In this document: in pieces, positions 50,569-61,435 of the stretch
Layout of the letters: every line of letters begins with the position of its first letter
Numbering within the stretch: position 1 is the stretch's first letter
Assembly: GCA_047284725.1 (NCBI GenBank)
Contig: JBJBEO010000001.1
Location: forward strand, 1,112,203-1,176,202
Length of the DNA stretch: 64,000 bases
Origin: Synechococcus sp.
Lineage (GTDB): Bacteria > Cyanobacteriota > Cyanobacteriia > PCC-6307 > Cyanobiaceae
Direction: 5' to 3'
Translations under genes and position numbers: made by a program
Notes under the pieces: generated by a model
What the model saw: the letters and a program-made list of their open reading frames with translations, nothing else
What the model was told of the DNA's origin: nothing
Databases searched by the model: none

Positions 50569-51957
50569 TCAGGCTTCTCCGGTGATCGATAAACCATCCA
50601 CCCAGACATGAGGTGACACCCCCTGATGGGTCACGATCGCATCCGATTCAAGATGCACAATCCCGTTCAGGACCTGACGGATATCGCCTGCCACCGTGGC
50701 GGCTTCTACCGAGACTTTTTCGCCACCGCGCACAATCCAGCCATCAAAAGGCAGGGAGAAGGATCCCTGGCTGGCCTTGACCCCGGCATGGAGCGCATTC
50801 AGCCCTTCGATCATCACGAAGGTGTCAGCGGTGGTGGTGTGATGGAGGTGTGAGCTGCCGCTGCTTGTGCCCTCGCTGGTGCTGACTTCAAACCAGTCGG
50901 GTCCCACCGAGACCTTGGCGCCAAGGCCGGCATGGCCCGTGGGCTCGACCCCAAAGTGCCGGGCGGTTGCTTCCGAATGCAGGAAACTCTCCAGCTCACC
51001 ATTGCGGATCAGGCAAAGACGCCGTGTGGGTGTCCCTTCCCCATCGAAGGGGGAGGCACTGACATGGCCTGGATGAAGACCGTTGTCGTGAAGGGAGAAA
51101 AAGGGAACAGCGACCTGACTGCCGATCGAATCCGCCTGGCTGAGACTGACCCCATCAAGAATGGCTCTGGCGTTCACAAGACTGCTGAACGCACCAAGCA
51201 GGTCGAGAAAGGCTTCCGGCGTGAAGCACACCAGGTAGCGGCCCGTTTCAATCGGTTGGTAGTTGAGGTGGCTGATGGTTCGCTCAGCGGCCTCATCAAT
51301 ACAGCCTTGAACATCCAGGCCTGCACTGCCGAGGGCGATGCGCACGGCGCCACCGCTGCGCGGCTTTCGGCCCGCTTCCTCTGCCCTGGCATAGAGGTAG
51401 AGGCTGGCTTGGCTGCGTTGAACCTGACGAAGGGCGCCGTCACTGTTGAGATAGATGCGCTCATTGCATCCTTCACTGAGGCCGTTGTACGGAATGGTCT
51501 CGATCGCGCTGTGACGATTGAGCAGGGACGCTTCCGCATCCTTCAGCGTGGTGAGCAAGGTCTGGATGCCTTGCTCCGGCTGGAGAGGTCGATCCAGCTC
51601 CGGAGCCGGTGCCTTGGCCAGGGGCGAAAAACCCGGAGTATCAGCAGGATTGCCGAACCGACTGGCGTCACGGGCACCGGTCAGAGCTCGCTCGAGGCCT
51701 GAAGCGGAGAGATCGGACGTGCTGGTGATTCCGACAAGCCCGTCGCTGTTCCACACGCGCACGGTGATCGAGCTGCGTTGAGACGCCTTCATCTGCTTAG
51801 CTTCACCACGGTCGACCTGCACGGAGGCGTTTGAGCTCCTGCTGGCACCGAGGTCCCAGCGTTGAATGCCCTCGCGTTGGGCGAGGTGATGCAGCTGATC
51901 GCGCAGTGCCGTCACATCGAGGGCCTGCGCCGCAGCCGGGGTGGTGGTGGTTGACAT
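50569..51957 (-). CDS. pmbA: PmbA/TldE family protein
   Basis: PFDGEG, FSLPFDG; paired with tldD. Confidence 0.88.
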   Translation of the reverse strand: MSTTTTPAAAQALDVTALRDQLHHLAQREGIQRWDLGASRSSNASVQVDRGEAKQMKASQRSSITVRVWNSDGLVGITSTSDLSASGLERALTGARDASRFGNPADTPGFSPLAKAPAPELDRPLQPEQGIQTLLTTLKDAEASLLNRHSAIETIPYNGLSEGCNERIYLNSDGALRQVQRSQASLYLYARAEEAGRKPRSGGAVRIALGSAGLDVQGCIDEAAERTISHLNYQPIETGRYLVCFTPEAFLDLLGAFSSLVNARAILDGVSLSQADSIGSQVAVPFFSLHDNGLHPGHVSASPFDGEGTPTRRLCLIRNGELESFLHSEATARHFGVEPTGHAGLGAKVSVGPDWFEVSTSEGTSSGSSHLHHTTTADTFVMIEGLNALHAGVKASQGSFSLPFDGWIVRGGEKVSVEAATVAGDIRQVLNGIVHLESDAIVTHQGVSPHVWVDGLSITGEA

Positions 51958-51959
51958 GA

Positions 51960-53405
51960 TCAGCGGCCTCCGACGGTGATGGAATCGACCTTGATGTGGG
52001 GTTGGCCCACAGTGACAAAAATGCTGCCGCTCACTGATCCGCAGTACCCAGCTGCCAGATCAAGATCGTTGGCACACATGGAGATTCTCGGCATCACTTC
52101 TTTGGCTTCGCCGATCAGAGTGGCTCCCTTGACGGGTTTACCGAGGCGCCCGTTCTCGATCAGGTAGCCCTCCTCGACGGAGAAGTTGAACTGACCGGTG
52201 GCGCCCACACTGCCTCCCCCCATTGACTTGCAGTAGAGCCCGTTGTCGATGGAGCTGATCAGATCATCAGGGCTGTGGGGACCAGCTGCGATGTAGGTGT
52301 TGCGCATGCGGCTTGCGGCGGCGAAGCCGTGGCTCTGACGCCGTCCACTGCCAGTGCGGGCATGGCCGGTGCGCATCTCTCCGGCACGATCACTGAGGAA
52401 CCTCTTCAGCACACCGTTCTCGATCAGCACGGTGCGTTGCGACTCCATCCCTTCGTCGTCCATGGCAATGGAGCCAAAGGCTCCGGCACTGTGACCTTCA
52501 TCGATGGCTGTGACCGCAGGATGGGCAATGCTTTGGTCCACCTTGTCCGCAAACGGGGTGGTGCCCCGTTCCACCTGGGTGGTTTCGAGGAGGTGCCCGC
52601 AGGCTTCATGGAAAATCACACCGCCAAAACGATTGGCCATCACAACGGGCATCTGGCCGCTGTCGACGTAATCGGCGTAGAGCATGGTGGCGGCACTGGC
52701 ACAGACCTCAGCGGCGGATGCATCCACGTCCCATTCGCGTAGGTCAAGGGGCCGATCGGTGGATCCGTAACGACGGCCGATGCTGGCCCGATGTTGGCCA
52801 TCGGCGGCCAGAACGCTGAGGCCGCTGGACTGGTGGAGTCTGATGTCGCGGGCGAATGTGCCATCACTGGCTGCGACCAGCACCTCCTGCCAGTCGCGGC
52901 TGTAACTGCCTCGGCGCACCTCGAGATGCGCACCGTGCTGCTGCAGACGTTGGGTTCCCGTCAGCAGTTGGGCTGTGCTGGTGGCGAGATCCGGAGACCG
53001 GGATAACCAGTCATGTTTGCCAGCCCCGAAGTCGCGAAGGGGCATCAGCCCCTCAAACCTGCCAGGGCTGCTGGTGGAGCTGCGGGCCAGATTCAACATG
53101 GCCAAGGCTTGATCAAGGGCCTGGAGAAGCCCCGCATCGCTGAGATCGTTCGTGCTCACAAAACCATCGCGTGTCCCGTGGAACACCCGCACACCAGCTC
53201 CCATGCCGAAGGCAGGGCTGACACTGGTGATCAGGTCCTGCTCAGCCAAGACCCCCAGGTGGTCTGTGCGCTCGAGGAACACTTCCACAAGGTCTGCGCC
53301 GGCTCGCGTGCCTTCACCTAACAGGCGCTCGAGTCGTTGCAGCCAGGGGGTGAAGGCAGGGTCAAAGCCTTGATCCCGTGGTTCCACTGAAGGGGATGCG
53401 ACCAA
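51960..53405 (-). CDS. tldD: TldD metalloprotease
   Basis: HEACGH, DDEG, RMRNT, GQPH. Confidence 0.92.
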   Translation of the reverse strand: MVASPSVEPRDQGFDPAFTPWLQRLERLLGEGTRAGADLVEVFLERTDHLGVLAEQDLITSVSPAFGMGAGVRVFHGTRDGFVSTNDLSDAGLLQALDQALAMLNLARSSTSSPGRFEGLMPLRDFGAGKHDWLSRSPDLATSTAQLLTGTQRLQQHGAHLEVRRGSYSRDWQEVLVAASDGTFARDIRLHQSSGLSVLAADGQHRASIGRRYGSTDRPLDLREWDVDASAAEVCASAATMLYADYVDSGQMPVVMANRFGGVIFHEACGHLLETTQVERGTTPFADKVDQSIAHPAVTAIDEGHSAGAFGSIAMDDEGMESQRTVLIENGVLKRFLSDRAGEMRTGHARTGSGRRQSHGFAAASRMRNTYIAAGPHSPDDLISSIDNGLYCKSMGGGSVGATGQFNFSVEEGYLIENGRLGKPVKGATLIGEAKEVMPRISMCANDLDLAAGYCGSVSGSIFVTVGQPHIKVDSITVGGR

Positions 53406-53481
53406 ACCGCCGACCTACTGCATGAGTTATCGATTATGGAGAATCAGGCAGCCCGATGACCGGCTCCAGGCAGGTCTCATG

Positions 53482-53521
53482 AAAAAAAGCCCTGGATCTG
53501 GATCGCGGAGATCCAGGGCTT
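53482..53521 (-). terminator. intrinsic terminator of acsF
   Basis: AAAAAAAGCCCTGGATCT...AGATCCAGGGCTT. Confidence 0.8.
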
Positions 53522-53534
53522 GGATATGACTTGA

Positions 53535-54617
53535 TCAGCGCACAGCAGGTTGGTAGTTCTCGCTGCGCACAGGCGCCATCAGGAACAGTGAGGCCATCTG
53601 AAGACCGTTCGCCACAAAGTGGGGCAATTTGCGCATCAGCTTGATGGGAGCAGGGGCTCCACTGGCGTCTGCTGCCGCCAGGGCCGCGTTGTTGGAGACG
53701 AGGTTCTCCAATCCATCCCAGAACTTGGGGTTCTTGACGTCGAGCACCACTGGGAAGACCCGAGCCGAGGTCTCATTGGTTTTGTCGATGACCATGCGGT
53801 CGTATTCGCGGGCATCAAGACCAAGGGCTTCGTAGAACTCCTTCCGGGCGACGTCACGCACATACATCGTTGCGAAGACGGCGAGAAGGAAGAAACGACA
53901 CCACAGACGGGCGCTGAAGCCACGCACCGTGTCTGGTTGTGCCTTCATCAGGGCATCGAAGAAATCACCATGACGGTTCTCGTCCTGACACCAGTTCTCG
54001 AAGAAATTAAAGATCGGGAAAATCTTGCTGTCGGGATTTTTTTCGAGATGACGGAAAATCGCGATGTAGCGCCAGTAACCGATCTTTTCAGATAGATACG
54101 TTGCGTAAAAGATGAACTTCGGCTTGAAGAAGGTGTACTTCTTGTTGGCTGTCAGGAATCCAAGGTCGAGCTGTAAACCGAAGTCGCTCATGGATTTGTT
54201 GAGGAAGCCAGCATGACGGGCTTCGTCCCTTGCCATGTGCGCAAAGCACTCAGCCAGCAGCGGGTTGCGGGTTTTGATGCGACGGCTTAGTTCCTTGTAG
54301 AGGAGGAAGCCGGAGAATTCAGAGGTGCAGCTCTGTTCGAGAAACTCGACGAACACCTGACGCGTCTTGGGGTCAAGCTTCTCGGCTGCACCATCGAATT
54401 CGTCGTTGCGAACGAAGTGATGGCGGTTGTAATCCTTACGGAATTCCTCGCAGATGGCTTCAAGTTCCGCCTCATTGGGGCGAAGATCCATCGCCGCCAT
54501 CGCGTCAAAGTCGGTGGTGTAGAAGCGCGGCGTGAGGATCGTGTCCTTCACCGGGTCCTTGACGGAAACGGCTGAACCGGGGGCTGCCGCTTCACTGACG
54601 GCGGTGGGAGGCACCAT
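53535..54617 (-). CDS. acsF: Mg-protoporphyrin IX monomethyl ester oxidative cyclase
   Basis: [24 protein letters not shown]. Confidence 0.97.
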   Translation of the reverse strand: MVPPTAVSEAAAPGSAVSVKDPVKDTILTPRFYTTDFDAMAAMDLRPNEAELEAICEEFRKDYNRHHFVRNDEFDGAAEKLDPKTRQVFVEFLEQSCTSEFSGFLLYKELSRRIKTRNPLLAECFAHMARDEARHAGFLNKSMSDFGLQLDLGFLTANKKYTFFKPKFIFYATYLSEKIGYWRYIAIFRHLEKNPDSKIFPIFNFFENWCQDENRHGDFFDALMKAQPDTVRGFSARLWCRFFLLAVFATMYVRDVARKEFYEALGLDAREYDRMVIDKTNETSARVFPVVLDVKNPKFWDGLENLVSNNAALAAADASGAPAPIKLMRKLPHFVANGLQMASLFLMAPVRSENYQPAVR

Positions 54618-54686
54618 CTCTTTGAGAACTTCAGATGAAGCCAATGTAGGCGCCCCACCACTTGCAACGACTGCTTTGCTTAAGGC

Positions 54687-55115
54687 TCAGTTGCCTCCAA
54701 GCCACTTCTGTCCGTTCAGGCGCTGCAAGAGGCGCGATTGAAGCAGGGCAAGACTCATCCGCTTCTCATCGATCAGAAACGACTCCAGCAGGCTGGCGTC
54801 AGTGCCTGGATCCGCTAGGGCAATGGTTTTGCCGGCATTGATCGAAGCGTCGTCAAAGCAGAGCCAGAAGCGCCTGCCTGGGGGAAGTTCACCACGGATC
54901 ATCCAGCACTCCCCGCCAACCACAGGCCGTTCGCCCTGGCACAACTCCAGGCAGCTTGGACTGAGGTTGTGATTCTTCAGACCTTGTCGGACAGCTGGGA
55001 TGAGATCGTCCTGAATGAACGCTTCAAACGGCTTGTCTTCCGGCTTGGGAGGCTTCGCGGCCTTGGCTGGTTTGTCAGCAGGAGCGGAGGCGGCTGCAGC
55101 TGGAGTGTCGCTCAC
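54687..55115 (-). CDS. DUF2996 family protein
   Basis: EDKPF, ESFLIDEK, RLNGQKWLGGN. Confidence 0.85.
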   Translation of the reverse strand: MSDTPAAAASAPADKPAKAAKPPKPEDKPFEAFIQDDLIPAVRQGLKNHNLSPSCLELCQGERPVVGGECWMIRGELPPGRRFWLCFDDASINAGKTIALADPGTDASLLESFLIDEKRMSLALLQSRLLQRLNGQKWLGGN

Positions 55116-55170
55116 TGTGATGGTGTCGCTGGCGGAACTGTAAACAGCTTTGCGTTCGCTTCCACAGCCT

Positions 55171-55698
55171 CTACCAGTCGTCGCTTGGAGGCTGATCCCA
55201 GTCATCCGTCGTGTTGGCCTTCGCCTCCATGGGGCTGCTGACGGTGTCCGCAGCGGTGGTTGGCGGTCCTGACTGTCGTCCCCGTTGAATCACCCGAAAA
55301 GGCACGGCCACGGTCGGGGCTGGATCACGGATGTCGCGTTCCGGCCAAGCTGTCGCGGTGGATGGACCCCTGTCCATCTCCTGGCGATGGGGGGTGAACG
55401 GGGCAGGCTCGCTTTCCTGTGCCCAAACGCCCGGGTCTCGACGGCCCCAGTCCATGGACCGATGCACCTGACGTCGCAGTGGTCGGTTGCCTGCCGAGGC
55501 TGAAAAGGCGGCCAGGCCACTGAACAGGGCAGCACCCGTCGATGCCAATGCGATCCATGCGCCGATGGGGAGCTTGCTGGAGCGCCAGGTGAGAAAGCGC
55601 AATGACGTCGGCTGGGTGCCATTGAGGCTTGCCACAGTCAGGGCCATCAGCAGAGGGCTGAGGCAGGGCACGAGCAGCAGCTTTTGCAGGCCGGTCAT
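55171..55698 (-). CDS. hypothetical membrane protein
   Basis: two hydrophobic segments; RDIRDPAPTVAVPFRVI; DDW end. Confidence 0.75.
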   Translation of the reverse strand: MTGLQKLLLVPCLSPLLMALTVASLNGTQPTSLRFLTWRSSKLPIGAWIALASTGAALFSGLAAFSASAGNRPLRRQVHRSMDWGRRDPGVWAQESEPAPFTPHRQEMDRGPSTATAWPERDIRDPAPTVAVPFRVIQRGRQSGPPTTAADTVSSPMEAKANTTDDWDQPPSDDW

Positions 55699-56339
55699 GG
55701 TTGGGGAGAACGCCAGCGTTGGATCGGTTTCAGGTTTTCCCCCAGGCTGTCAAATAATCGGACCACCAGAAAATCGACCATGTCGTCGAGGGTTTTGGGC
55801 TGGGTGTACCAGGCTGGAATCGGTGGGGCAATCCTGGCTCCTGCTTCTGCCAGCGTCGTGAGATTGCGCAGGTGAATCAGGTTCCAGGGCATTTCCCGAG
55901 GGGCTAACACCAAAGGGCGGCCCTCCTTGAGATGCACGTCAGCGACCCGTTCGAGCAGATCAGTCGCCACGCCGGCGGCGATTCGCCCCACGCTGCCCAT
56001 GCTGCACGGAACAATCACCATGCCCCGTGTGCGCACACTGCCGCTGGCGATGCTGGCGGCCTGATCGTTCCAGCGGTGGCATTCAAGAACACCGTGATGG
56101 CAGCGCAAACGTTCGCGCCAAAACGCGGCCTGGGCTTCCGGTTCCACAGGCACATGAACCTCAAGCTCGGCGTTCCACACTTCGTGGGCTCCACGGCTGA
56201 AGATCAGATGCACATGCCGTTGATGTTCAAGCAGCAGCTGCAAGGAGCGTTCCGCCAATTGCTGGGCTGAAGCTCCTGACACGCCCAGCACGATCGGGAG
56301 GGTGCCTTGATCGGAGCACTGGTCTGGCTGGGGCTTCAT
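55695..56339 (-). CDS. ubiX: flavin prenyltransferase
   Basis: GVSGASA, ASGS, PCSM, LKEGR..PREMP. Confidence 0.93.
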   Translation of the reverse strand: MKPQPDQCSDQGTLPIVLGVSGASAQQLAERSLQLLLEHQRHVHLIFSRGAHEVWNAELEVHVPVEPEAQAAFWRERLRCHHGVLECHRWNDQAASIASGSVRTRGMVIVPCSMGSVGRIAAGVATDLLERVADVHLKEGRPLVLAPREMPWNLIHLRNLTTLAEAGARIAPPIPAWYTQPKTLDDMVDFLVVRLFDSLGENLKPIQRWRSPQP

Positions 56340-56350
56340 GCTGCGCCGCC

Positions 56351-58699
56351 TCAGTTGTCGCTCACAGCAACCGGCAAGGCCTTGTCATCGTCCGCTTGCG
56401 CTGATTCGCTCACGACGATGTCGAGATCGATCTGATTGCGTAAGACGTCAACTTTCACGATGCGCACGTTGACCTGATCGCCCAACTGGAAGACACGCCG
56501 ATTGCGCCGCCCGACCAGCCGGTTCTGACGAGAGCGAAATTCATACCAATCATCATTGAGGGCACTGACGTGCACCATGCCTTCCACCATGGAGGGGGGG
56601 AGTTCGACGAAAAAGCCATAGCTCTGCACTCCGCTGATGAAGCCCACGTGCTCCTCTCCCACCATCGGCTCGGCGCTGCGGGACTGCGCCATCGCAATCA
56701 GATCCTTCTCGAGCTCTGAAACCTGGCGACGTCGATTGTTCAAACGCATGGCCTGACGTTCCTGAAAGCCATCCAGCAGCTTCTGCTCCTGAGTGGCGGT
56801 CAGAAGTGGCCAACTCACACGGCTCCCTGCTCCCTTCTGACCGAGATTGACCTTGTCTTTGTGGCGAACGGTGGGACGATCCTTGCCCTCATTCAGGAGG
56901 GCCGCCAGAACGTGCTGATTGATCAGATCACTGGCATGAAGGGTGGGGCAGCACCAAGGGGCACCGATCAGGGATTCGCCCAGTTCATGCTTGGAACCTT
57001 CCGCGCCGATGCCTCCTTCCTGGGTGCTGTCTGCATCGGTTGAAGCAAGCGCAGAGTCTGCTGCGTTGCGTTGGATGCGCAGCTGAGGGGCACTGATGGC
57101 CTGACGCATCTGCAGGTCGAGCATCCTGCGCAGCGGACTGTTCTGAAAGGCTTTGGAGAGGTCGCTGGCGGATGGGGTGCCGTCTTCGTCAAGCTCGAGA
57201 GGGAGTTCCAGCGCGACTGCCGTTTTGGCGACGTCCGTGAGCATGGATGGGTCGGCGGGCGAGGTTTCGAGCACCAGCATCGGCAGGTTCAGATCCATCG
57301 CATGTTCTGCCCAGCACAGGTCGGCGGTTCGCATCAACACCGAGAGGATGGCGTTCGGGTCCTCCACATCGAGGGGTGACAGCCATGGGTGCCTGCTGGC
57401 GTCGGGCTTGGCTGCGCGCAGATCACCCAGACTTTCAATTTCTGGACAGGGCAGGTGAAGTTCGATCATTCCCTGCGTGCAGGCCTGTTGCTGCAGGCTG
57501 CGAGCACAGAACAACAACGTCTCGATCTGACCGAGTTGATCCTTGAGGGGCTTGAGAACGGCGGGTACGGTGCGTGCCTTGGGCTTCCGGGCGGCTAAGG
57601 CTTGGAGGGCGTCGATGCTCACCGTGGCGACGGGCCGTACTTGGCTGAGCTGAAACTCAAAATCACTCACAGCGCCTTCTGCGCTGATATCCATTCGCAG
57701 AGTGATGGCGTCCTGGGTGGCGTCGACATCAAAGCGACACGCCTGGTTCAAGGTGCTGTTGAGCAACGGTTTCCAGGTGTCGCCCAGGCAGACCGCCTCG
57801 CCCTGGTCTTGGATCCACCGATCGATGCTGCTGCCGGGGTTGATGCGTTCGGCCACGCTGGGGGCATGGATCCAAACACGGGTTCCCCCCTCATGGGGCT
57901 CGACGTGGATGGCCGGCAGACCAGGGGCCTCTTGACCCGTCCAGCTGCGCAACAGCAAGGAAGCCTGGGCGGTGAGGTCGACCCTCTTTTTAGGGGCCGG
58001 AGATTTGGCGCTGCTGCGCGGTGCCGAAGCCCGTTGATGCAAATGCGCTTTGGTGATCAGCAGTTCGCGGTCACCGCTTGGACCTGCGTCAAGCGGTAGC
58101 GGACGTTCGACGTGTCCTTTGGCGTTGTACTGAGCCACCGGGAAGCGATCCACGGCCACTTCCACCACCGATGGTGCGTCGCCTGCGGGCAGGTGGCCGG
58201 CATCCTCCTCGGGAAGCTCGATCGAGGCCAGCAATCGATCGTCGAGGGGAACCGCCAGCAAGCGATCCTCCTGCCGTTCGACCTGGGCCAACAGACGGGT
58301 GGTGCTGCGTTCGAGGATGCACTGAACGCCGCCTTCCGGGGAGCGACGTCGTCCCCCTTCTCGGGTGATGCGCACCAACACCCGATCGCCGTTCCAGGCG
58401 TGGTTGAGCTGGTGATCACGGATGTAGATGTCTTCTCCACCGTCGTCACGGATGGCGAAACAAAAGCCCTTGCTGCTGCACCGCAGCCGCGCTTCGATCA
58501 AGTCCTCGTCATGGCTTCGTCTGACGTCGCCGTTCTCAAGAACGCTGACGATTCCCAGCTTGTTGAGACTGTCGAGAGCGAGGGACAGCCCTTGCTTTTC
58601 GGCGCGATTGGACAGCCGCAGGATCTTTTCGATTTTTCCCGTGTCAAGTGATCCGGTGCTTGGGAGATGGTCGAGGAGATCGGCGACCGAAAACTTCAT
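56351..58699 (-). CDS. RNase II/R family protein (CSD, degenerate RNB, S1)
   Basis: KGFCFA..DIYI..AWNGDRV; C-terminal S1 YGFFVEL..EGMVHVS. Confidence 0.88.
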   Translation of the reverse strand: MKFSVADLLDHLPSTGSLDTGKIEKILRLSNRAEKQGLSLALDSLNKLGIVSVLENGDVRRSHDEDLIEARLRCSSKGFCFAIRDDGGEDIYIRDHQLNHAWNGDRVLVRITREGGRRRSPEGGVQCILERSTTRLLAQVERQEDRLLAVPLDDRLLASIELPEEDAGHLPAGDAPSVVEVAVDRFPVAQYNAKGHVERPLPLDAGPSGDRELLITKAHLHQRASAPRSSAKSPAPKKRVDLTAQASLLLRSWTGQEAPGLPAIHVEPHEGGTRVWIHAPSVAERINPGSSIDRWIQDQGEAVCLGDTWKPLLNSTLNQACRFDVDATQDAITLRMDISAEGAVSDFEFQLSQVRPVATVSIDALQALAARKPKARTVPAVLKPLKDQLGQIETLLFCARSLQQQACTQGMIELHLPCPEIESLGDLRAAKPDASRHPWLSPLDVEDPNAILSVLMRTADLCWAEHAMDLNLPMLVLETSPADPSMLTDVAKTAVALELPLELDEDGTPSASDLSKAFQNSPLRRMLDLQMRQAISAPQLRIQRNAADSALASTDADSTQEGGIGAEGSKHELGESLIGAPWCCPTLHASDLINQHVLAALLNEGKDRPTVRHKDKVNLGQKGAGSRVSWPLLTATQEQKLLDGFQERQAMRLNNRRRQVSELEKDLIAMAQSRSAEPMVGEEHVGFISGVQSYGFFVELPPSMVEGMVHVSALNDDWYEFRSRQNRLVGRRNRRVFQLGDQVNVRIVKVDVLRNQIDLDIVVSESAQADDDKALPVAVSDN

Positions 58700-58807
58700 C
58701 GTTGAGGGAGCGTGAACCGGCCTTCAGGACCGGGGGTTTGTGGCACTGGATCAGCCCTGAACCGAAGCTCTTGGGGCCTGCAGAGGCGTTCCAGAGATTG
58801 TTTGACT

Positions 58808-59134
58808 TTAAAGGGCTGACCCTGGTCCGTTCCCGGTACCACCATCGGGTGCATCCATCGGGCTGATCATCGGCCAGAGCAGGCGCAGGCCGATGATCAA
58901 AAAGCCCACTGCAGCAAGAAGCTGCAGCACTTCCGTTGGAATCACACTTGCCATCGACCCCCCTGCGAGAGCCCCGATCAGGCTCGCCAGCACCAGGGCG
59001 CTCGAGGAGCCGAGGAAGACGGCGAGAGGACGATTCGATGTGCCGCTGATCGCGACAGTGGCGAGCTGGGTCTTGTCGCCAAGCTCGGCAAGGAAGACCG
59101 TCAGGAAGGTGGAGAGCAGAAGAGAGAAATCCAT
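58808..59134 (-). CDS. GDT1/TMEM165 family half-transporter
   Basis: AELGDKTQ. Confidence 0.92.
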   Translation of the reverse strand: MDFSLLLSTFLTVFLAELGDKTQLATVAISGTSNRPLAVFLGSSSALVLASLIGALAGGSMASVIPTEVLQLLAAVGFLIIGLRLLWPMISPMDAPDGGTGNGPGSAL

Positions 59135-59145
59135 GGATGACGGAA

Positions 59146-59508
59146 TCAGAGGGTCCTTTGCAGAAGGGATTGCAGGGCTTGAATGCCCAGCCAGACCCCC
59201 AACCCCACCATCAGCACGCCTGCCATCTGTTCCAGGCGTTCAGGGGGAAGAATGCTGGAGAGCCATTGACCCACCAGAACGCCCACCAGGCTCGAGCAGA
59301 TCAAGGCCAGTGCCGCGCCCACAAAGACAAGCCATGGCTGGCCGGATTGCGCTGAGAGCAGGAGGGTGGCCAGTTGCGTCTTGTCACCGAGTTCAGCAAC
59401 GAACACCGTGGAAAAGGTGCTGAGCATCACCGTGGTGAAGCTCAGCCCAGAGGCCTGCTCGGCGGGGGTGATGGAATCGATCCCGTTGCTGGTGTCGACC
59501 TCAGGCAT
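59146..59508 (-). CDS. GDT1/TMEM165 family half-transporter
   Basis: AELGDKTQ. Confidence 0.92.
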   Translation of the reverse strand: MPEVDTSNGIDSITPAEQASGLSFTTVMLSTFSTVFVAELGDKTQLATLLLSAQSGQPWLVFVGAALALICSSLVGVLVGQWLSSILPPERLEQMAGVLMVGLGVWLGIQALQSLLQRTL

Positions 59509-59875
59509 TGATCGGTTTCGATTGGCTCACACTGCGTTTGAACCTACGCAGTTCCCGGCTCCTGCCTCCGTAGATCGAACGAATCTGTTGGTTGCAGCAG
59601 GCGATGGCGAAGGCATCGGCGTCATCCGCTGGGACGTCGAACAGCCTCGCGAGATGACTGACCCTGCAGAAATCAGGTCGCTGGTCGTAAATCCTGCATC
59701 GCCGTCCGCCGCTGTCGTAGTGACGACACCAGCCATCCGGCCCGACCATGTCCATGTAGAGCCTGCGCTGCTCGTCACTGAGGGCCGCTAGGGCTTCCTG
59801 CCGTTCTTCCGGAGCCAGACGACAACAGGCTCCGCAATGGCTGATGCAGGTCCAGGAGTGTGTTGCCTTCGCCAT
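59501..59875 (-). CDS. YkgJ-family cysteine-cluster protein
   Basis: CISHCGACC, CRIYDQRPDFCR. Confidence 0.88.
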   Translation of the reverse strand: MAKATHSWTCISHCGACCRLAPEERQEALAALSDEQRRLYMDMVGPDGWCRHYDSGGRRCRIYDQRPDFCRVSHLARLFDVPADDADAFAIACCNQQIRSIYGGRSRELRRFKRSVSQSKPINA

Positions 59876-59984
59876 GGCCTCAAGCTGTGACAAGCCATCA
59901 CAGTGGCAGGGCATCGTTCGGCTTTTGTTGAGGCGTGTTCCGTAATCTGATGAGATCATTGCGTCGGATCACCGCATTCACCTC

Positions 59985-60092
59985 ATGGGCATTGACTTTC
60001 ATCTGATTGCAAACTTCGCAGCACTTGCCCTGATCACGGTTGCAGGCCCTGCAGTGATCTTCATCCTCTTCTACCGCCGTGGCGCACTCTGA
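59985..60092 (+). CDS. psb30: photosystem II protein Psb30/Ycf12 (not in ORF track)
   Basis: [35 protein letters not shown]; 3' end overlaps the convergent CLC gene. Confidence 0.9.
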   Translation: MGIDFHLIANFAALALITVAGPAVIFILFYRRGAL

Positions 60093-61435
60093 AGGGTGCT
60101 GAGGGCGTGATACACGGGCTGACGCGCGATCAGCCTCCCCGTGTAGGCGGCAATCACAGCAGCAAGAATCAATCCAGCAAACAACTGCTGGTCACCGGTC
60201 AGTCTCCAGGCGAACACGATGGAGACCAGGGGAAGTTGGGTTGCTCCCGAGAGACCGGCGGCAAGGCCAAGGGCGATGCCGAGGTGCTGACTGATTCCCA
60301 GCACGGCACAGATGGTGTACCCAAGCAATCCGCCAAAGGTGAGTGCTGGGTCGATCAACCCACCCGGCACCCCTGGAGCCAGGGCAATCAGAGGTCCGAT
60401 CAACCTCCCCAGGGTGATCCATAGGCTTGTCAAACCATGCTGTAGTTCGCCTGCATGACTGCCGCTCAACGGCATCCCCTCATCAATCAACTGCTGCAGT
60501 AACGACTCGCCATCGCCGGTACTGGTGCCCCAGCTGCTGAGGGCAATCAAGCTGAGTCCAGCCCCGAGCAAAAGCCCTGTTCGCACAGGGAATGTCTGAA
60601 CCAGAGGCTTCAGTCTGGCGGTTGCCCAGACCAGGATTTTGCTGAACAGACCACCCACCAGTCCTCCCGCGATGCCGATGGGCACCGCCATGAGCAGCTG
60701 CTCCAGTTCCGGTGACATCACGTTGATGATCCCGAGTCCGAAAAGGGGTTGCCCTCCGAGATTGCTGAACCCCGCGGCAGCGACCCCGATCACAAGGGCA
60801 GGCCAGATCATTGTGATGGCGTAGTCGGTGGTCAGTTCCTCGAGCATGAACACCACCCCCACCAGCGGTGTGTTGAAGCCACCGGCCAAGCCGGCCCCAC
60901 CACCGATCGCCACCATCTGACGTTCATTCAGGCTGGGAAGCCAGCGGCTCAGGCGGGGATGGAGCGCCCTGGCAACAGCCGCCCCCACCTGCACCACAGG
61001 CCCCTCCCTGCCGAGCGGAAACATCGCCGCTGTCGCCATTGACCACAGCAATCCCCGTTGCACCGTGCCTGGAGCCGCCATGGCCTCTGCCATGAGGGAG
61101 GGATCATCAAGGGCATTCATGGTGGAGGGAATGCCGGATCCTGCACCCGCTTTCCAGGGACCCCGTTGCAGCATCAACAGGATCGGCATCATCACCAACG
61201 GAAGCGAGGCGACCAGCAGGCCTTGTGAGGTCCAGGCATCCCCTCGCGTTGGCAGAAGACCGAACAGAGCCGTCTGGATGCGGTCAAGACTGTTCAGAGG
61301 CCAGCAGGCCAGGCCGATGGCAATGCCGACCACCATGAGGCCGATGCCATGGCGAAGGAGAGTTTGCAGCGAGGAGCTCCGCTGATCCAGGTGGTTGGGA
61401 ATCAGGTGGTGCTGGTGACGCGGGTCTGACCTCAT
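60071..61435 (-). CDS. CLC chloride channel/transporter
   Basis: GSGIP, GREGP, FNTPL..FMLEE. Confidence 0.92.
   Translation of the reverse strand: MRSDPRHQHHLIPNHLDQRSSSLQTLLRHGIGLMVVGIAIGLACWPLNSLDRIQTALFGLLPTRGDAWTSQGLLVASLPLVMMPILLMLQRGPWKAGAGSGIPSTMNALDDPSLMAEAMAAPGTVQRGLLWSMATAAMFPLGREGPVVQVGAAVARALHPRLSRWLPSLNERQMVAIGGGAGLAGGFNTPLVGVVFMLEELTTDYAITMIWPALVIGVAAAGFSNLGGQPLFGLGIINVMSPELEQLLMAVPIGIAGGLVGGLFSKILVWATARLKPLVQTFPVRTGLLLGAGLSLIALSSWGTSTGDGESLLQQLIDEGMPLSGSHAGELQHGLTSLWITLGRLIGPLIALAPGVPGGLIDPALTFGGLLGYTICAVLGISQHLGIALGLAAGLSGATQLPLVSIVFAWRLTGDQQLFAGLILAAVIAAYTGRLIARQPVYHALSTLQSAPRR

Noticed and set aside
58808..59508. Tandem GDT1 half-genes as a split pseudogene
   Set aside because: Paired single-repeat UPF0016 genes are a known intact arrangement.
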